A DNA stretch of 63,676 nucleotides, counting the filler, from Aduncisulcus paluster (lineage: Eukaryota): NCBI GenBank assembly GCA_024181965.1. It is 8 parts of 8 records of this genome, joined end to end, with 100 filler letters (N's around TTAATTAATTAA, not from the genome) between each part and the next. Parts side by side here need not be neighbours in the genome. Positions count along the whole stretch, not along the records: positions 12,326 to 33,365 come from BQXS01011319.1; positions 33,466 to 36,480 come from BQXS01011320.1; 6 more parts are not named here. One strand, 5' to 3'. Below are positions 25,338 to 36,580 of this stretch, piece by piece. Numbering within the stretch: position 1 is the stretch's first letter; each line of letters opens with the position of its first letter. The position numbers and the translations under genes were made by a program. The notes below the pieces were generated by a model, which had not been told where the DNA came from, ran no database searches, and saw nothing but the letters and a program-made list of their open reading frames with translations.

Positions 25338-26087
25338 ATGATATCAGGAGTAATTTCCAAGCCTACCGATATTTATCCCATTAACATGCTGGCTGAGGAT
25401 CAAAAATATATCCTCAGTGATACATGTTTTTCGTCTTCTACTCCCGATTTCGAAGTTCAAATAATACAATGTTTTCATGATAGCTCTGAATTCTATGACT
25501 CTCTTGTTTCTTCAGAATCTTCTTCCATTCACTCGTCCCACGAACCGCCCATCCATTCTCATCCGCTCTCGCCTTCGTTTGATTCGATTGACATAGCTCC
25601 AATTTATGAGTGTGTCAAAGCTTCGAGCCTTTCATCTTCCTCTCAATCGGTATTTCTCAATACGTCATATCCTACTTCTTCCACCAAACTGTTCCTCCAA
25701 ACTGTTCGTGCCATATTTGTGTTCAAGACAGTTGAATTCATCTCAGAACATTCAAAACAGGGCTCTGAAAGTGATGAAGGCTCACCCAAGAATGAGGCAC
25801 AATCGTTTGTTGTCTGGTAGTTCTCTGCAGAATTGAGGGNNNNNNNNNNNNNNNNNNNNTATGTTTGGGTATTCAAGAATCCACAATCTTCACTGAAAAA
25901 ACTGATCGAATGGAGTGGAGAATCTGAATCAAACATCAAGAGAAAGTTTGCATTCTGGAGAAAGCAAGGTGTTCCTGCATTCTTGCATGATTTCTTTGTG
26001 AAACATTCCAAAAAAGTTGGTTTGAAAAAGAAAGATCGAGATATGTTAATGTATGGAAAAGATCGTGTTAAGAAAGGATTCTTTTAA
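25338..26087 (+). CDS. Gene broken by a scaffold gap; 3' piece is weakly APC2/cullin-like
   Basis: N-terminal ORF, 20-N gap, then FKNPQSSLKKLIEWSGESESNIKRKFAFWRKQGV, recalling the APC2 'rr..fW...GV' motif. Confidence 0.4.
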
Positions 26088-26962
26088 GTGATTCTTTCTT
26101 GTACTATTCTGACACTTGCCATTTATATTTGTCTTTATTATATTGTATCTAGAAAACAACCAAACAAAGCTTAAAAACGAAATATTATAAATATAATGTT
26201 GTCTCGTGTCTTTTATTTTCTATTTTATAATTCCTTCCCCATTATTTTCAAAAGTCTTTTTTATAATTTTTTTTTTCATCATATATATGATTCATATATT
26301 AGTGTTGTTTCTGAGCCTGGTTTCAAATAATCTTTGTAATGCACGATATGATTTTCAGATCTTTTTGACCAATTGATGTTTTCGTTGACATTTGTAATTT
26401 CAATCATTTCATCGTGGAATGGAGAGACTGGAAAATTTTCAAAGAATAAAATGTAAGTGTATAATTGTTTTCTATTTTGTGACTGGGCAAAGATTTCCAC
26501 GAAATTCCATCAGGAATTACCTGATCATACAATGAGACTTCTAATTTAGAAGTTCTAAACAAGGAGTAGTATGATAGGGTAGCTATTCAATAGCACTAAA
26601 GTTTAGTGCTTCCTTTGAGGGGTTGCAAAATATAACAAATCTTTGTGAAAGTCTGAGAAATTTTTTCTCAGAAAATGTAAAAAAATGGTCAAACAACAAC
26701 AGGTCAAAGATCGAACATCGAACAACAGTCTGTTATGCTGAGCATAAACAACCAAAACAACACCTGAAAACCAACCGACTAATATTCATAGACTACAACT
26801 AGAACTTAGCAGCAGAGATCCAACACGCATTGGGCTGAACGAGTTAACGATCACTTTGGATTGGGGGTGGGTCATAGATCACCAATGATTCGAACAAGAA
26901 GTTGTGATCTAACTTGTTAATTCCTTTCGAAGACATCTTGGTAAGGAATTAAAAGCGAAAGA

Positions 26963-27978
26963 AAACAAATAATAAACAAATAATAAACGAATAATAAACT
27001 GAATTAGTTATTATCAATCGAGCAGAGAGCAGAGAAGAGTGAGAACGATTCGAGAAGCAAAGAAAACCAGAAGAATAGCTTCTCTGCCAAGAAGTCGATG
27101 ATATATTCACAAAATTCATAGATTTCAACTGCAACTTATCAGCATATTTTGTCACTTTATAATCCACTATGTAAACAAATGTCGAAGTTATGAAACGATT
27201 TCGTGTCAGGAGTGGACTCACAAGGATGGCATGCAATATATGATAGAAAGAAAAATGATCATATAAATTTATTTATATATTGTATGATATTGCTTCCTGA
27301 GGTTGTCATTCGCGACTTTGTGTTTTCGTCTTCTGCTTTTCCTTCGTTGCAAGCAATTCAAGATTTACTGTATGTCATATATTTCATTAAATGCACATTA
27401 AGACATATTTTATGCAATGTCATGCAATTATATTCACTGTATTGTTATTAAATTTTTGTTTTATTTTTTCAAACAAATAATAAACAAATAATAAACGAAT
27501 AATAAACTGAATTAGTTATTATCAATCGAGCAGAGAGCAGAGAAGAGTGAGAACGATTCGAGAAGCAAAGAAAACCAGAAGAATAGCTTCTCTGCCAAGA
27601 AGTCGATGATATATTCACAAAATTCATAGATTTCAACTGCAACTTATCAGCATATTTTGTCACTTTATAATCCACTATGTAAACAAATGTCGAAGTTATG
27701 AAACGATTTCGTGTCAGGAGTGGACTCACAAGGATGGCATGCAATATATGATAGAAAGAAAAATGATCATATAAATTTATTTATATATTGTATGATATTG
27801 CTTCCTGAGGTTGTCATTCGCGACTTTGTGTTTTCGTCTTCTGCTTTTCCTTCGTTGCAAGCAATTCAAGATTTACTGTATGTCATATATTTCATTAAAT
27901 GCACATTAAGACATATTTTATGCAATGTCATGCAATTATATTCACTGTATTGTTATTAAATTTTTGTTTTATTTTTTC
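26963..27978. repeat. 508-bp tandem duplication (single copy in the paralogous cassette; probable artefact)
   Basis: 26963-27470 matches 27471-27978; identical shadow ORFs at a 508-nt offset. Confidence 0.9.
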
Positions 27979-28005
27979 TTAGATCCCGACTCTTTTCCAT
28001 TGTCA

Positions 28006-29064
28006 ATGAGTTCTTCGACCGATATACAAAACGTGAAACCAGAGTTTATTCATGAAGGAGATTACGATTGCTGTCCAATTTCTCGAGATGCCCCAAATAT
28101 TAAGAGTTCAGAGATCCATAGTATCACAGGAATCAATGAAACCGAGGAAGACGATGTATATTACGATCAAAGTGTTAAAGCACAAAGGATGATGAAAGGA
28201 GAGGGTAATGGTGGATATTTTACCCATATCTCCATTCCTTTCTCCTCATCTTCCCCAATGAAAGGGGCTTATATCTGTCTGAATGGTTATTGGGAGCCAC
28301 CAGAATATCTTATCTTCACTCTCACATCTTCAAAGGGTGATAAAATATCCAAAAAATACGAATTTCCTGAATTTGAAGGTTGGCATTGGTATTTTCTTCT
28401 TGTTGATCTTCCTGATGTTGTTTTGTGTGAGATTACAGGGAAAGGAAGAGAGAAAGAGTACTTTTGTATCCAATCTCCTGTTTTCGTTCGGGAAGAAACT
28501 TCTGAAGAAACCTTGTCTCGTGAAGCCAGAGAGAAACTATGGTCTGAAGCTCCTGTTGTGAAACCAGAGTTTGTTAAGGAAGGAGATGAAGAATCTGATG
28601 GTAGAGATTCTATTCCCATTCCACGAGATGATCCAAAGCTTGTCGATCCTTTATTCTCAATGGTTAAGTGCTATGTTGATTCGAAGAGTAAGGAATCTGA
28701 GGAGTATGATCAGAGTTCAGAAGCAAAAATAATGTTAAAAGGGGAGGATTATGTTGAATTATCCCATCTTTCCATCCCTTTTCCATCACCTAGTCCAATG
28801 AAAGGTGCTTATATCTGTGTGGAGAAGGATGATTGTTCACCCTCTCTTCTCTTCACTTTCACTGATTGTGATGATAAGAAGACATTCAAGAAGTATGAAT
28901 TCACAGAACCAAAACATGACTATGAATGGCACTTCCTTCCTATTGATTTAGATAATGTTGTATTGTGTGAGATTGAAGGGAAAGGGCAGCGGTCTGATAA
29001 GAATTCTCGAAATTTCTGGATCAACTCCCTTGTATTCATCATGCCAGAAGCAACAGGCTGTTGA
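28006..29064 (+). CDS. Tandem two-domain beta-sandwich (DOC/APC10-like) family protein, copy B
   Basis: Starts MSSSTDIQ like copy A; same internal duplication; about 26 aa longer than copy A in domain 1. Confidence 0.8.
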   Translation: MSSSTDIQNVKPEFIHEGDYDCCPISRDAPNIKSSEIHSITGINETEEDDVYYDQSVKAQRMMKGEGNGGYFTHISIPFSSSSPMKGAYICLNGYWEPPEYLIFTLTSSKGDKISKKYEFPEFEGWHWYFLLVDLPDVVLCEITGKGREKEYFCIQSPVFVREETSEETLSREAREKLWSEAPVVKPEFVKEGDEESDGRDSIPIPRDDPKLVDPLFSMVKCYVDSKSKESEEYDQSSEAKIMLKGEDYVELSHLSIPFPSPSPMKGAYICVEKDDCSPSLLFTFTDCDDKKTFKKYEFTEPKHDYEWHFLPIDLDNVVLCEIEGKGQRSDKNSRNFWINSLVFIMPEATGC

Positions 29065-29487
29065 AGAACTTGAGGTCTCGGATCAACTTGATCTGCATGA
29101 TATCTAATTTATTGTCTAATCTGTTGCTGAATAATTTTTTTCTTACAAATTTTGTCATCGCAATTTTTACTGAAACAATTTATGGCACTCGAACGCTAGG
29201 AGAAAAATAAAATAAATCAATAAATAATTATTGGAAAGAAATATGGAAAATATAATTTAAACGTGAAGTAAAAATTTGTGGAATATCATTCTATTTGTCA
29301 CTATATAAAGGAGAGGGAGACCAAAAAATTCGAGATTTTCTTGTGAACCCAATTTTGCACTCCTACATTGATTAATATTCGCAATAGTGATTGTGATTTA
29401 TTGATTTTCATTCATTTAATTGTTATTAATTGTTTTATATCTTTGTTTTAGGTTTCTATCAAGCCATACTAGTACCATTATTCTTCT

Positions 29488-30210
29488 ATGCCATTAACAG
29501 AATTATTTGGGGCCTCTATAAAATATTTACGGGAAGGTTTCAAACTTCTTGCAGGGTCTAAAGGTTATATTACAGAGCAAGATGTCATTGATGTCACATA
29601 TACTTTTGGCATTGTATCCAAGAGTTCTGTTGCCAAAATATTAACTCCACCAAGCATCGATGCTATATCGGAAGCTTTTAGGAGAAAAATTATTACTGCT
29701 AAAGAACGCAATGTGTTATTACGGCGTTCTAGAGATTTTAAGGCTGATCCTTCTGACCCGAAAATCACTTGGACTCAAATTCTTGTTCTTCTTGCAATAC
29801 CCCAAACAGGAAATCCTGATTTTGAAGTCCTTCCTCATGTACTTCGTATGATATCAGCTCGTGATGCCAGTGATGAGGCCCAGCGAGATTCTGGTGTTCT
29901 TCTCAAAAAGACCGATAAACCAGTTCCTCAACTCACATTACCATACATTGCTGGGTATATTGGAGGACATGAAGATATTCAACCACAACTCACTTACAAA
30001 ACATTAGTACGGATTTTAAACAATTTTCGAAAAAAGGATCCAAAAATTGCAAAGCAATTAAGTGAACAGGAGTTGAAAGATGAACTTCTTGCTATATTCC
30101 TTGATGTTGACTCTGGAAATAATGGAAAAATTGATGTTGCCGATTTAGAGTTGTACATAGGGAAAACACTTACCGACAAACTTGATGCACAAAAAAAGAT
30201 GAGGAAATAA
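29488..30210 (+). CDS. EF-hand protein (divergent calmodulin/centrin-like)
   Basis: C-terminal loop DSGNNGKIDVAD after FLDV; degenerate N-terminal hand LREGFKLLAGSKGYITEQDV. Confidence 0.7.
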   Translation: MPLTELFGASIKYLREGFKLLAGSKGYITEQDVIDVTYTFGIVSKSSVAKILTPPSIDAISEAFRRKIITAKERNVLLRRSRDFKADPSDPKITWTQILVLLAIPQTGNPDFEVLPHVLRMISARDASDEAQRDSGVLLKKTDKPVPQLTLPYIAGYIGGHEDIQPQLTYKTLVRILNNFRKKDPKIAKQLSEQELKDELLAIFLDVDSGNNGKIDVADLELYIGKTLTDKLDAQKKMRK

Positions 30211-30610
30211 ATATGATTCATTAGAATGATAGGATTTGAACTGCTTTAGTGTACGCAGTTTACACTAAATCGATTCGATTATAGATCTAGTAGATCGAGG
30301 AAATTGACTTAATTTCCAATTTGGATATATTGTTGTTTCACACGCAAGTCAAGTTAACCAATATAATAGTAATCAATTTTGGTTCAAGAAATAGAAAGTA
30401 TTAATCAATTTAGCTTCCACTAGAGAAAGATATCGGACTATTAGACTATTTTGTAAATAGATGAAGCTATAAAAATTTTGAACAAAAAAAAAATATAGAA
30501 TTTTGATTATAAGTAAATTGTCGAATCCAATTCTTATGAATTTTGTGAATCCACCTTGTCGAACAGAGCTGAAAGCCACCAGCTGTACTTCTTGCCAAAC
30601 TTAATACATT

Positions 30611-31021
30611 ATGTCAGGAGTCAAAGCTTGTGAAGATGCATTAACTGCATTCACTGATATCAAACTTCGTAGGAAATACCAGGCTGTTATGTACAAGATC
30701 AATGATGAAATGACTGAAGTCGTTGTCGATAGGACTTTTGACGTCGAAACAACTTGGGAACAATTGAAAGAATCTCTTCCAGAGAAGACCCCAAGATACA
30801 TTGTCTATGATTGTAAGTATGAAGACTCAGATGGGGCTACTCGTACAAAATTGGTTTTCATTGCTTGGTCACCTGATTCCGCATCAATCAAAGACAAAAT
30901 GGTTTACGCCAGTTCTCGTGAGGGCTTCCGTAGCCAGCTTTCCGGCTGTCACATCTCTCATCAAGCTACTGATTTTGATGAATTCTCACTTGAGTCTGTT
31001 ATCAGTCGTTGCAGATTGTAA
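30611..31021 (+). CDS. COF1: ADF/cofilin (actophorin-like)
   Basis: MSGV start, PRYIVYD, KLVFIAWSPDSASIKDKMVYASS, QATD. Confidence 0.95.
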   Translation: MSGVKACEDALTAFTDIKLRRKYQAVMYKINDEMTEVVVDRTFDVETTWEQLKESLPEKTPRYIVYDCKYEDSDGATRTKLVFIAWSPDSASIKDKMVYASSREGFRSQLSGCHISHQATDFDEFSLESVISRCRL

Positions 31022-31201
31022 TCTTCTTGGATAATAATAAAGTCATTTCATTTGTTTTTTTAATATCACATATTCTTTTTGGTTGTCCTCTGTACACCTA
31101 AAATAATTTCCAAATAAAAGATGTCCAAAATTATGAGTAATGTTAACTTTATTGAAAATTATGTTATTTTTTAAGGCGTTGGAATATTTCAACGGCATTT
31201 G

Positions 31202-31879
31202 TTGCCGCCAAGATTGATCATCTTTAGAAAAAGGAAATTTTATCATCTATCGGGAGAAATATGCACAATTCATTTTTGCAATGAGTAAATATTTTAATTT
31301 GAAGCACATTTTATTCTAAATTTTTTAATTTTATTCAAAATACTTATGAGCGCATATTCTGGAATTATACTATGCTTGTTTTGTCCATATGGATTACAAT
31401 TTTTTTTATTCGGAATCTGATTCGACGGCAAGTAGTGCGGTTAAATCTGATAATAGTGGGACTGAAACTATTTCTAGCTCCCATCCTCCCCCAATTATTT
31501 CAACCGTTAAAACTTCGGAAAATGATATAGAAAAAGAAATTTGCCGCCAAGATTGATCATCTTTAGAAAAAGGAAATTTTATCATCTATCGGGAGAAATA
31601 TGCACAATTCATTTTTGCAATGAGTAAATATTTTAATTTGAAGCACATTTTATTCTAAATTTTTTAATTTTATTCAAAATACTTATGAGCGCATATTCTG
31701 GAATTATACTATGCTTGTTTTGTCCATATGGATTACAATTTTTTTTATTCGGAATCTGATTCGACGGCAAGTAGTGCGGTTAAATCTGATAATAGTGGGA
31801 CTGAAACTATTTCTAGCTCCCATCCTCCCCCAATTATTTCAACCGTTAAAACTTCGGAAAATGATATAGAAAAAGAAAT
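31202..31879. repeat. 339-bp tandem duplication of promoter plus gene start (probable artefact)
   Basis: 31202-31540 matches 31541-31879. Confidence 0.9.
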
Positions 31880-33365
31880 TCAACAAGAAACAGCAAGCAT
31901 TAAATCTCCTGAAACAGGTTTAGAGGCAAAAAAATCGAATGAGTTTCCGTCTGACTCATTAACTACATTGTTTAAATCGAGTATGAAAACAACATCATAT
32001 CCTGTGACTCCCACAAGCATACAGCCGATATCTCCAGAAACCAAAGATATACAAGGAAAAGAGGAAGAATCGGAACATATCCATGAAGGTGGTCTTGAAG
32101 ACGATTTTGGCATGGCTGGTGGGGATGATGAAGCAAGCATTCAAGACATGCAAGGTTATCAAGATGATATTCCTGACTTTCAACAAGAATTTCAACCAAC
32201 TTCACATCCACATGAGTTGGAAGTACCTGCTTTATCCGCCAAAAATGATCCTTATTTGTCCACTCCTCGTTTAGGAGATGAATTAACGCCTCATCAGGAA
32301 CAATCTGCCATGCAATATCCATCTATACGAGTGCATCCGCCTATCTCAACTATTAAGGGGGCACATCCTCTGTCACGACTCGATAGGCGTTCCGGAATCA
32401 CTCCAAGCCAACGCCATGTTCAATTTGATGATGACGATAAGAATAATAGTACCATTGGTTCTGAATTTTCATCTGCCAGTCCCATGCCTGCTCATAACTA
32501 CCGTTCAAAATACCAAACAACTGCAAATCCTATTGCTGGAATCTCAAATACCTCTTTTCTCTCTGGGGTATCTTCTTCCACTTCTTCAGCAACTTCTTCT
32601 TCTTCCACGTCTTCGGTGCCCCGTTATCGGGACCACTCTTTCCGCCACCAGACACAGCAAGGTACCAGTGTTTATTCAGGATATTCTACAAACCCGTTTG
32701 GGGCATCTTCATCTACTACTACTACAGGAACTTTGAAGAGCGATGACGTTACGAATTACAGTTTTTCCGAGCACAATCCAAGTGAATTCCTCAGCGACGA
32801 TGCGTCAATTGGCAGTGGGACGGAACCGGACGACGATTTCAATGTTCCAATTGACGAGATATCCGGAGAGGAGAAGACAGAGGAATTGAAAGATGATCTA
32901 CGACTCGAGAAGGAAGCTCTGGATAAAATATCTTCAGAGCGAGGACGACACCGAAGCCGTGGCCGAACAACATCGTCATCTCAATTCGGTGTGGAAGAGG
33001 CAGAAGAATCAGATAGTTTCGGTGCCAGTTTTACAACTGCCATGGATATAACTGGGCAAGACCAAAGTGGAGAGGAAGATGAGAATGATTCGTATGAACC
33101 GTCAGAATATTCGTTTTCAGCCGTTGATTATGTCGGTGCCGATAGAGCTCCTGGTAGTCCTGAGGATGATGTAAAGATCATTGGAGGAAGGTATCGAAGG
33201 AGATCAAAGAGGAGAAGCACTGGTGAACATGGGATAGGTGACGGGATGGGACTTGAAGACGGAGAGGAAGATGAAGATGAAGGTAGTGGCTCTGATTCGT
33301 CGTCTACAGCCACGAGTGACTTCCACAGACAGAGATATGCTCCCGGAGTGCCAAAACGTTCTTCT
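31728..33365 (+). CDS. Acidic/Ser-rich, probably disordered protein (3' partial)
   Basis: ~545-codon ORF running into the spacer. Confidence 0.7.
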
Positions 33366-33467
33366 NNNNNNNNNNNNNNNNNNNNNNNNNNNNNNNNNNN
33401 NNNNNNNNNTTAATTAATTAANNNNNNNNNNNNNNNNNNNNNNNNNNNNNNNNNNNNNNNNNNNNAC

Positions 33468-36400
33468 TCTCTTCATCTCTCTGACAACTCCATCTCTGAT
33501 GTTTCTGTGCTCATCACTGAAGATATCTTCCCTGCTGGAACCCTTACCACTCTTGACATCAGTGGTAACAACATCTGTGACATTGATGGAATGGTGAGTG
33601 AGTTACAAGCCAAATTCACTGCCCTCTCATCTGTGACATATTCTGACCAGACCTGCCATTGTTCTGCGTCTGTGTCCTCCGCTGATCACCAAGTGTGCCG
33701 TGAAGTGTATCCTGGTCGCTGGGCTGTTGAGTGCTGGCATGGGTACTATCTTGACAAAGCGAGTGGTTCCTGTGTTGCTGCGTGTGCTAGTGGGTATGTG
33801 TACGATACAGCCAGTGCAACGTGTGTGTCTTCCTCTAGCGCCGTTGATGATGCCATTCGTTGTCAAGTGTGTGAGGGTCATTCCACTATGATGCCTGTTC
33901 TTGAGGAAGGCAATTCTTCCATCACATGTGGGTGTCGATCTGCCTGGTATGGAGATGACTGTGATTCTTATGAATTCCAACTTTATATTCCCGATGATAA
34001 TTTCAGAACCTTCGTTTGTGAAGCTGCTGACTATGCCGAAGGTACATTGTGTGATATTTCTGAGTTTGAAATGGCTGGAATTTCTGGGGAATTTTCTCTT
34101 CCAACTGATGATCCCGTTTCTAGTATTGAAGGAGCTCAATATTTAATTAACCTTGATATGTTTGAGTTTGACAATAGTCCAGTAAGTTATTCCTCTCCAT
34201 TAGCATCTCTATCTCAACTCAACTATGTTAACTGGCGTGATAGTTCTCTTTCTGCAGAAATGAGGAAAGATTTAGAAGATTTTACTTCCTTGTATTCTCA
34301 CCACAGATATTGGAAAGGGTACTGTTTTGGGGATGCAAATCGTTTTGATATTTCGATTATATTTAAGAATATTGGAATCAAAACTTTTGATTTAGCAAAC
34401 AATAACCAATCATTGTATAATCCAATTTGTCGTTCTGAGGATGATACTGAATTTTGGACTTTCATCAGTGCTGTGTTTCCAATATTGAACGCAAATGAAC
34501 CAACTCATGATATATATTATCTCCCCAATAACTGTCCCCTCAATGATGATCCTGGAAACACTCCTTATTACTGTGATCCTGGAACAGAAGACCAATGTCC
34601 TTCCATTGTCCTGAATGAGGTGTACAACAGTCTTGATGGAGTTGATTCTAAAGAATGTGCATTCATAGCCAAGGAAGGTGATAATGGTGAGTGCTACACT
34701 GTTCATGACGATGAAATACGAGCATACCTCTCTGAATCAACCAATGGATGTTTGGCTGCTGGTGCCGCTGAAAGCAATGGTATCATCAGTGTTGCTACCT
34801 TGAGGAGAGGCCTTCTTTGTTCCTCTCTCGACCTCTCTGCTATTGTTGCGTATGGTTCTATTTCTGATGTGAATGAGATTACCACACTTCAAGGTCTTGA
34901 GTATGCTCAAGGTACTTTATCGAGTGGAGGTGGTATGGTTGGTTTGACTTCTTTGAATATTGATGGATATGATATTAGTGGCGATGATTCAATTTCTGAA
35001 TATGATAGGTTGGTTGTGCAAATACTTGCCAAAGCTGTTGCATTTACATATAGTGATTCCGAGACGACTCATAATTTAGATTCCGGTCTAACTCTATTAT
35101 CTGCGGCTAATTGTGGGATTTATGAAATCGGAAGTATTCTTGATTTGACTCCAGACACTAGTGCAACTGAATTTTATCAAGTACAGCCTTTCAAACTAAC
35201 AGATATAAATCTCTCATCAAATTATATCTCAGATGTTTCAATTTTGATGACAAGTGAATTTTTCTATAGAGATTCGGATTCTATTTTAACAACTCTCGAT
35301 ATTTCTGAAAATCAAATTTGTGACATTGCTAATGTGAGCAGTACTCTAACATTCTCAATTACCAGTCTCTCCACTCTCACCATTAGTGATCAGAAACCAT
35401 GTGCTTGTGGTATTAATTCCTTATCATCTTCTGCTATCGCCTTCTCTGACCATAAAACTTGTAGAAGGAGATCTGATGGGTATTATCAGGTTGAGTGCTG
35501 GAATGGATATTATCTCGATAAGAATACGAACACTTGTGTGAAAGCTTGTCCAAGTGGATATTCTCTGGATGTTGATGGTGAAACTTGTATTTCTGATGCT
35601 TCTGTCACTGAAGATAATTCAGTTCGTTGTCAAGTGTGTGAGTGTAAAGATACATTTGTGTCGATTCTCATCAATTCTTATGTTACTTGCGGCTGTTCAT
35701 TCGGATTCTATGGTGATTCATGTGAGTATGTTGACATTCCTGATTCAAATCTTCGAAGCAGTATTTGTGAATCGGTTGTTCCTAAACGGACATCAGATTG
35801 TGGTGATCTTACAATATCAGAATTGGAGACGATAACCTCCCTGAGTGCTTCCAATGTGGATACATTTGAAGGTCTTCAATATGCCATCAATCTCACAGAT
35901 CTTGTTATCTCTGGAGTTTCATCAAACTCTATTGGTAATGATGAATTGTCATTCCTTCCACTTTCACTTGTTAACCTCAATCTTTATAATGTTGATCTTG
36001 AAGATGGATCAGATTTTTCTGTATTTTCTTCTCTGGATACCCTTTCCGTTGTTGACAACACATCCTTCACGATCTCGTCCTCTGACGTGTTCCCATCGTT
36101 GCTGCAATCGCTTGACATCAGTGGATGTACGTCCATCACCGATCTGTCGTTCTTACCTACCAGTTTGGTGAACTTGTCCATTGAAGGTCTGAGTATCTCA
36201 GAAAGTTCTTTGCTCGCCGACTTCACTGTGCTTGAGACATTGAATGCCAGCAGTACCGGGCTGACAGATTGGGATCTGTTCTCACTTGTTGGCTTGTCTT
36301 CACTGACGACGCTTTTGTTGTCCAACAACAGTCTCACGGACATTTCCTTATTGTACCAACTGGATTCATTGGTTACCTTGGATGTGACTGACAACAAGCT

Positions 36401-36480
36401 GTGTAATGTGAATAACAGTGCGTTCGATACCTTTTTCTCAAATGCCACTGTGACTGTTGGCAGTGACACCGATTTCGACC
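33468..36480 (+). CDS. Large surface protein fragment: internalin-like LRR blocks alternating with furin/EGF-like Cys-rich modules (partial at both ends)
   Basis: LRRs such as LTTLDISGNNICDI and LTTLLLSNNSLTDI; caps IPDDNFRTFVC and IPDSNLRSSIC...EGLQYAINLTDL; two ECWxGYYLDK...CVxACxSGY...CGCxxxxYGDxC modules. Confidence 0.85.
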
Positions 36481-36580
36481 NNNNNNNNNNNNNNNNNNNN
36501 NNNNNNNNNNNNNNNNNNNNNNNNTTAATTAATTAANNNNNNNNNNNNNNNNNNNNNNNNNNNNNNNNNNNNNNNNNNNN

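Noticed and set aside
30245-30291. Helitron 3' end (hairpin followed by CTAG)
   Set aside because: The hairpin is AT-rich, the spacing is atypical, and no 5' end or second copy was found.
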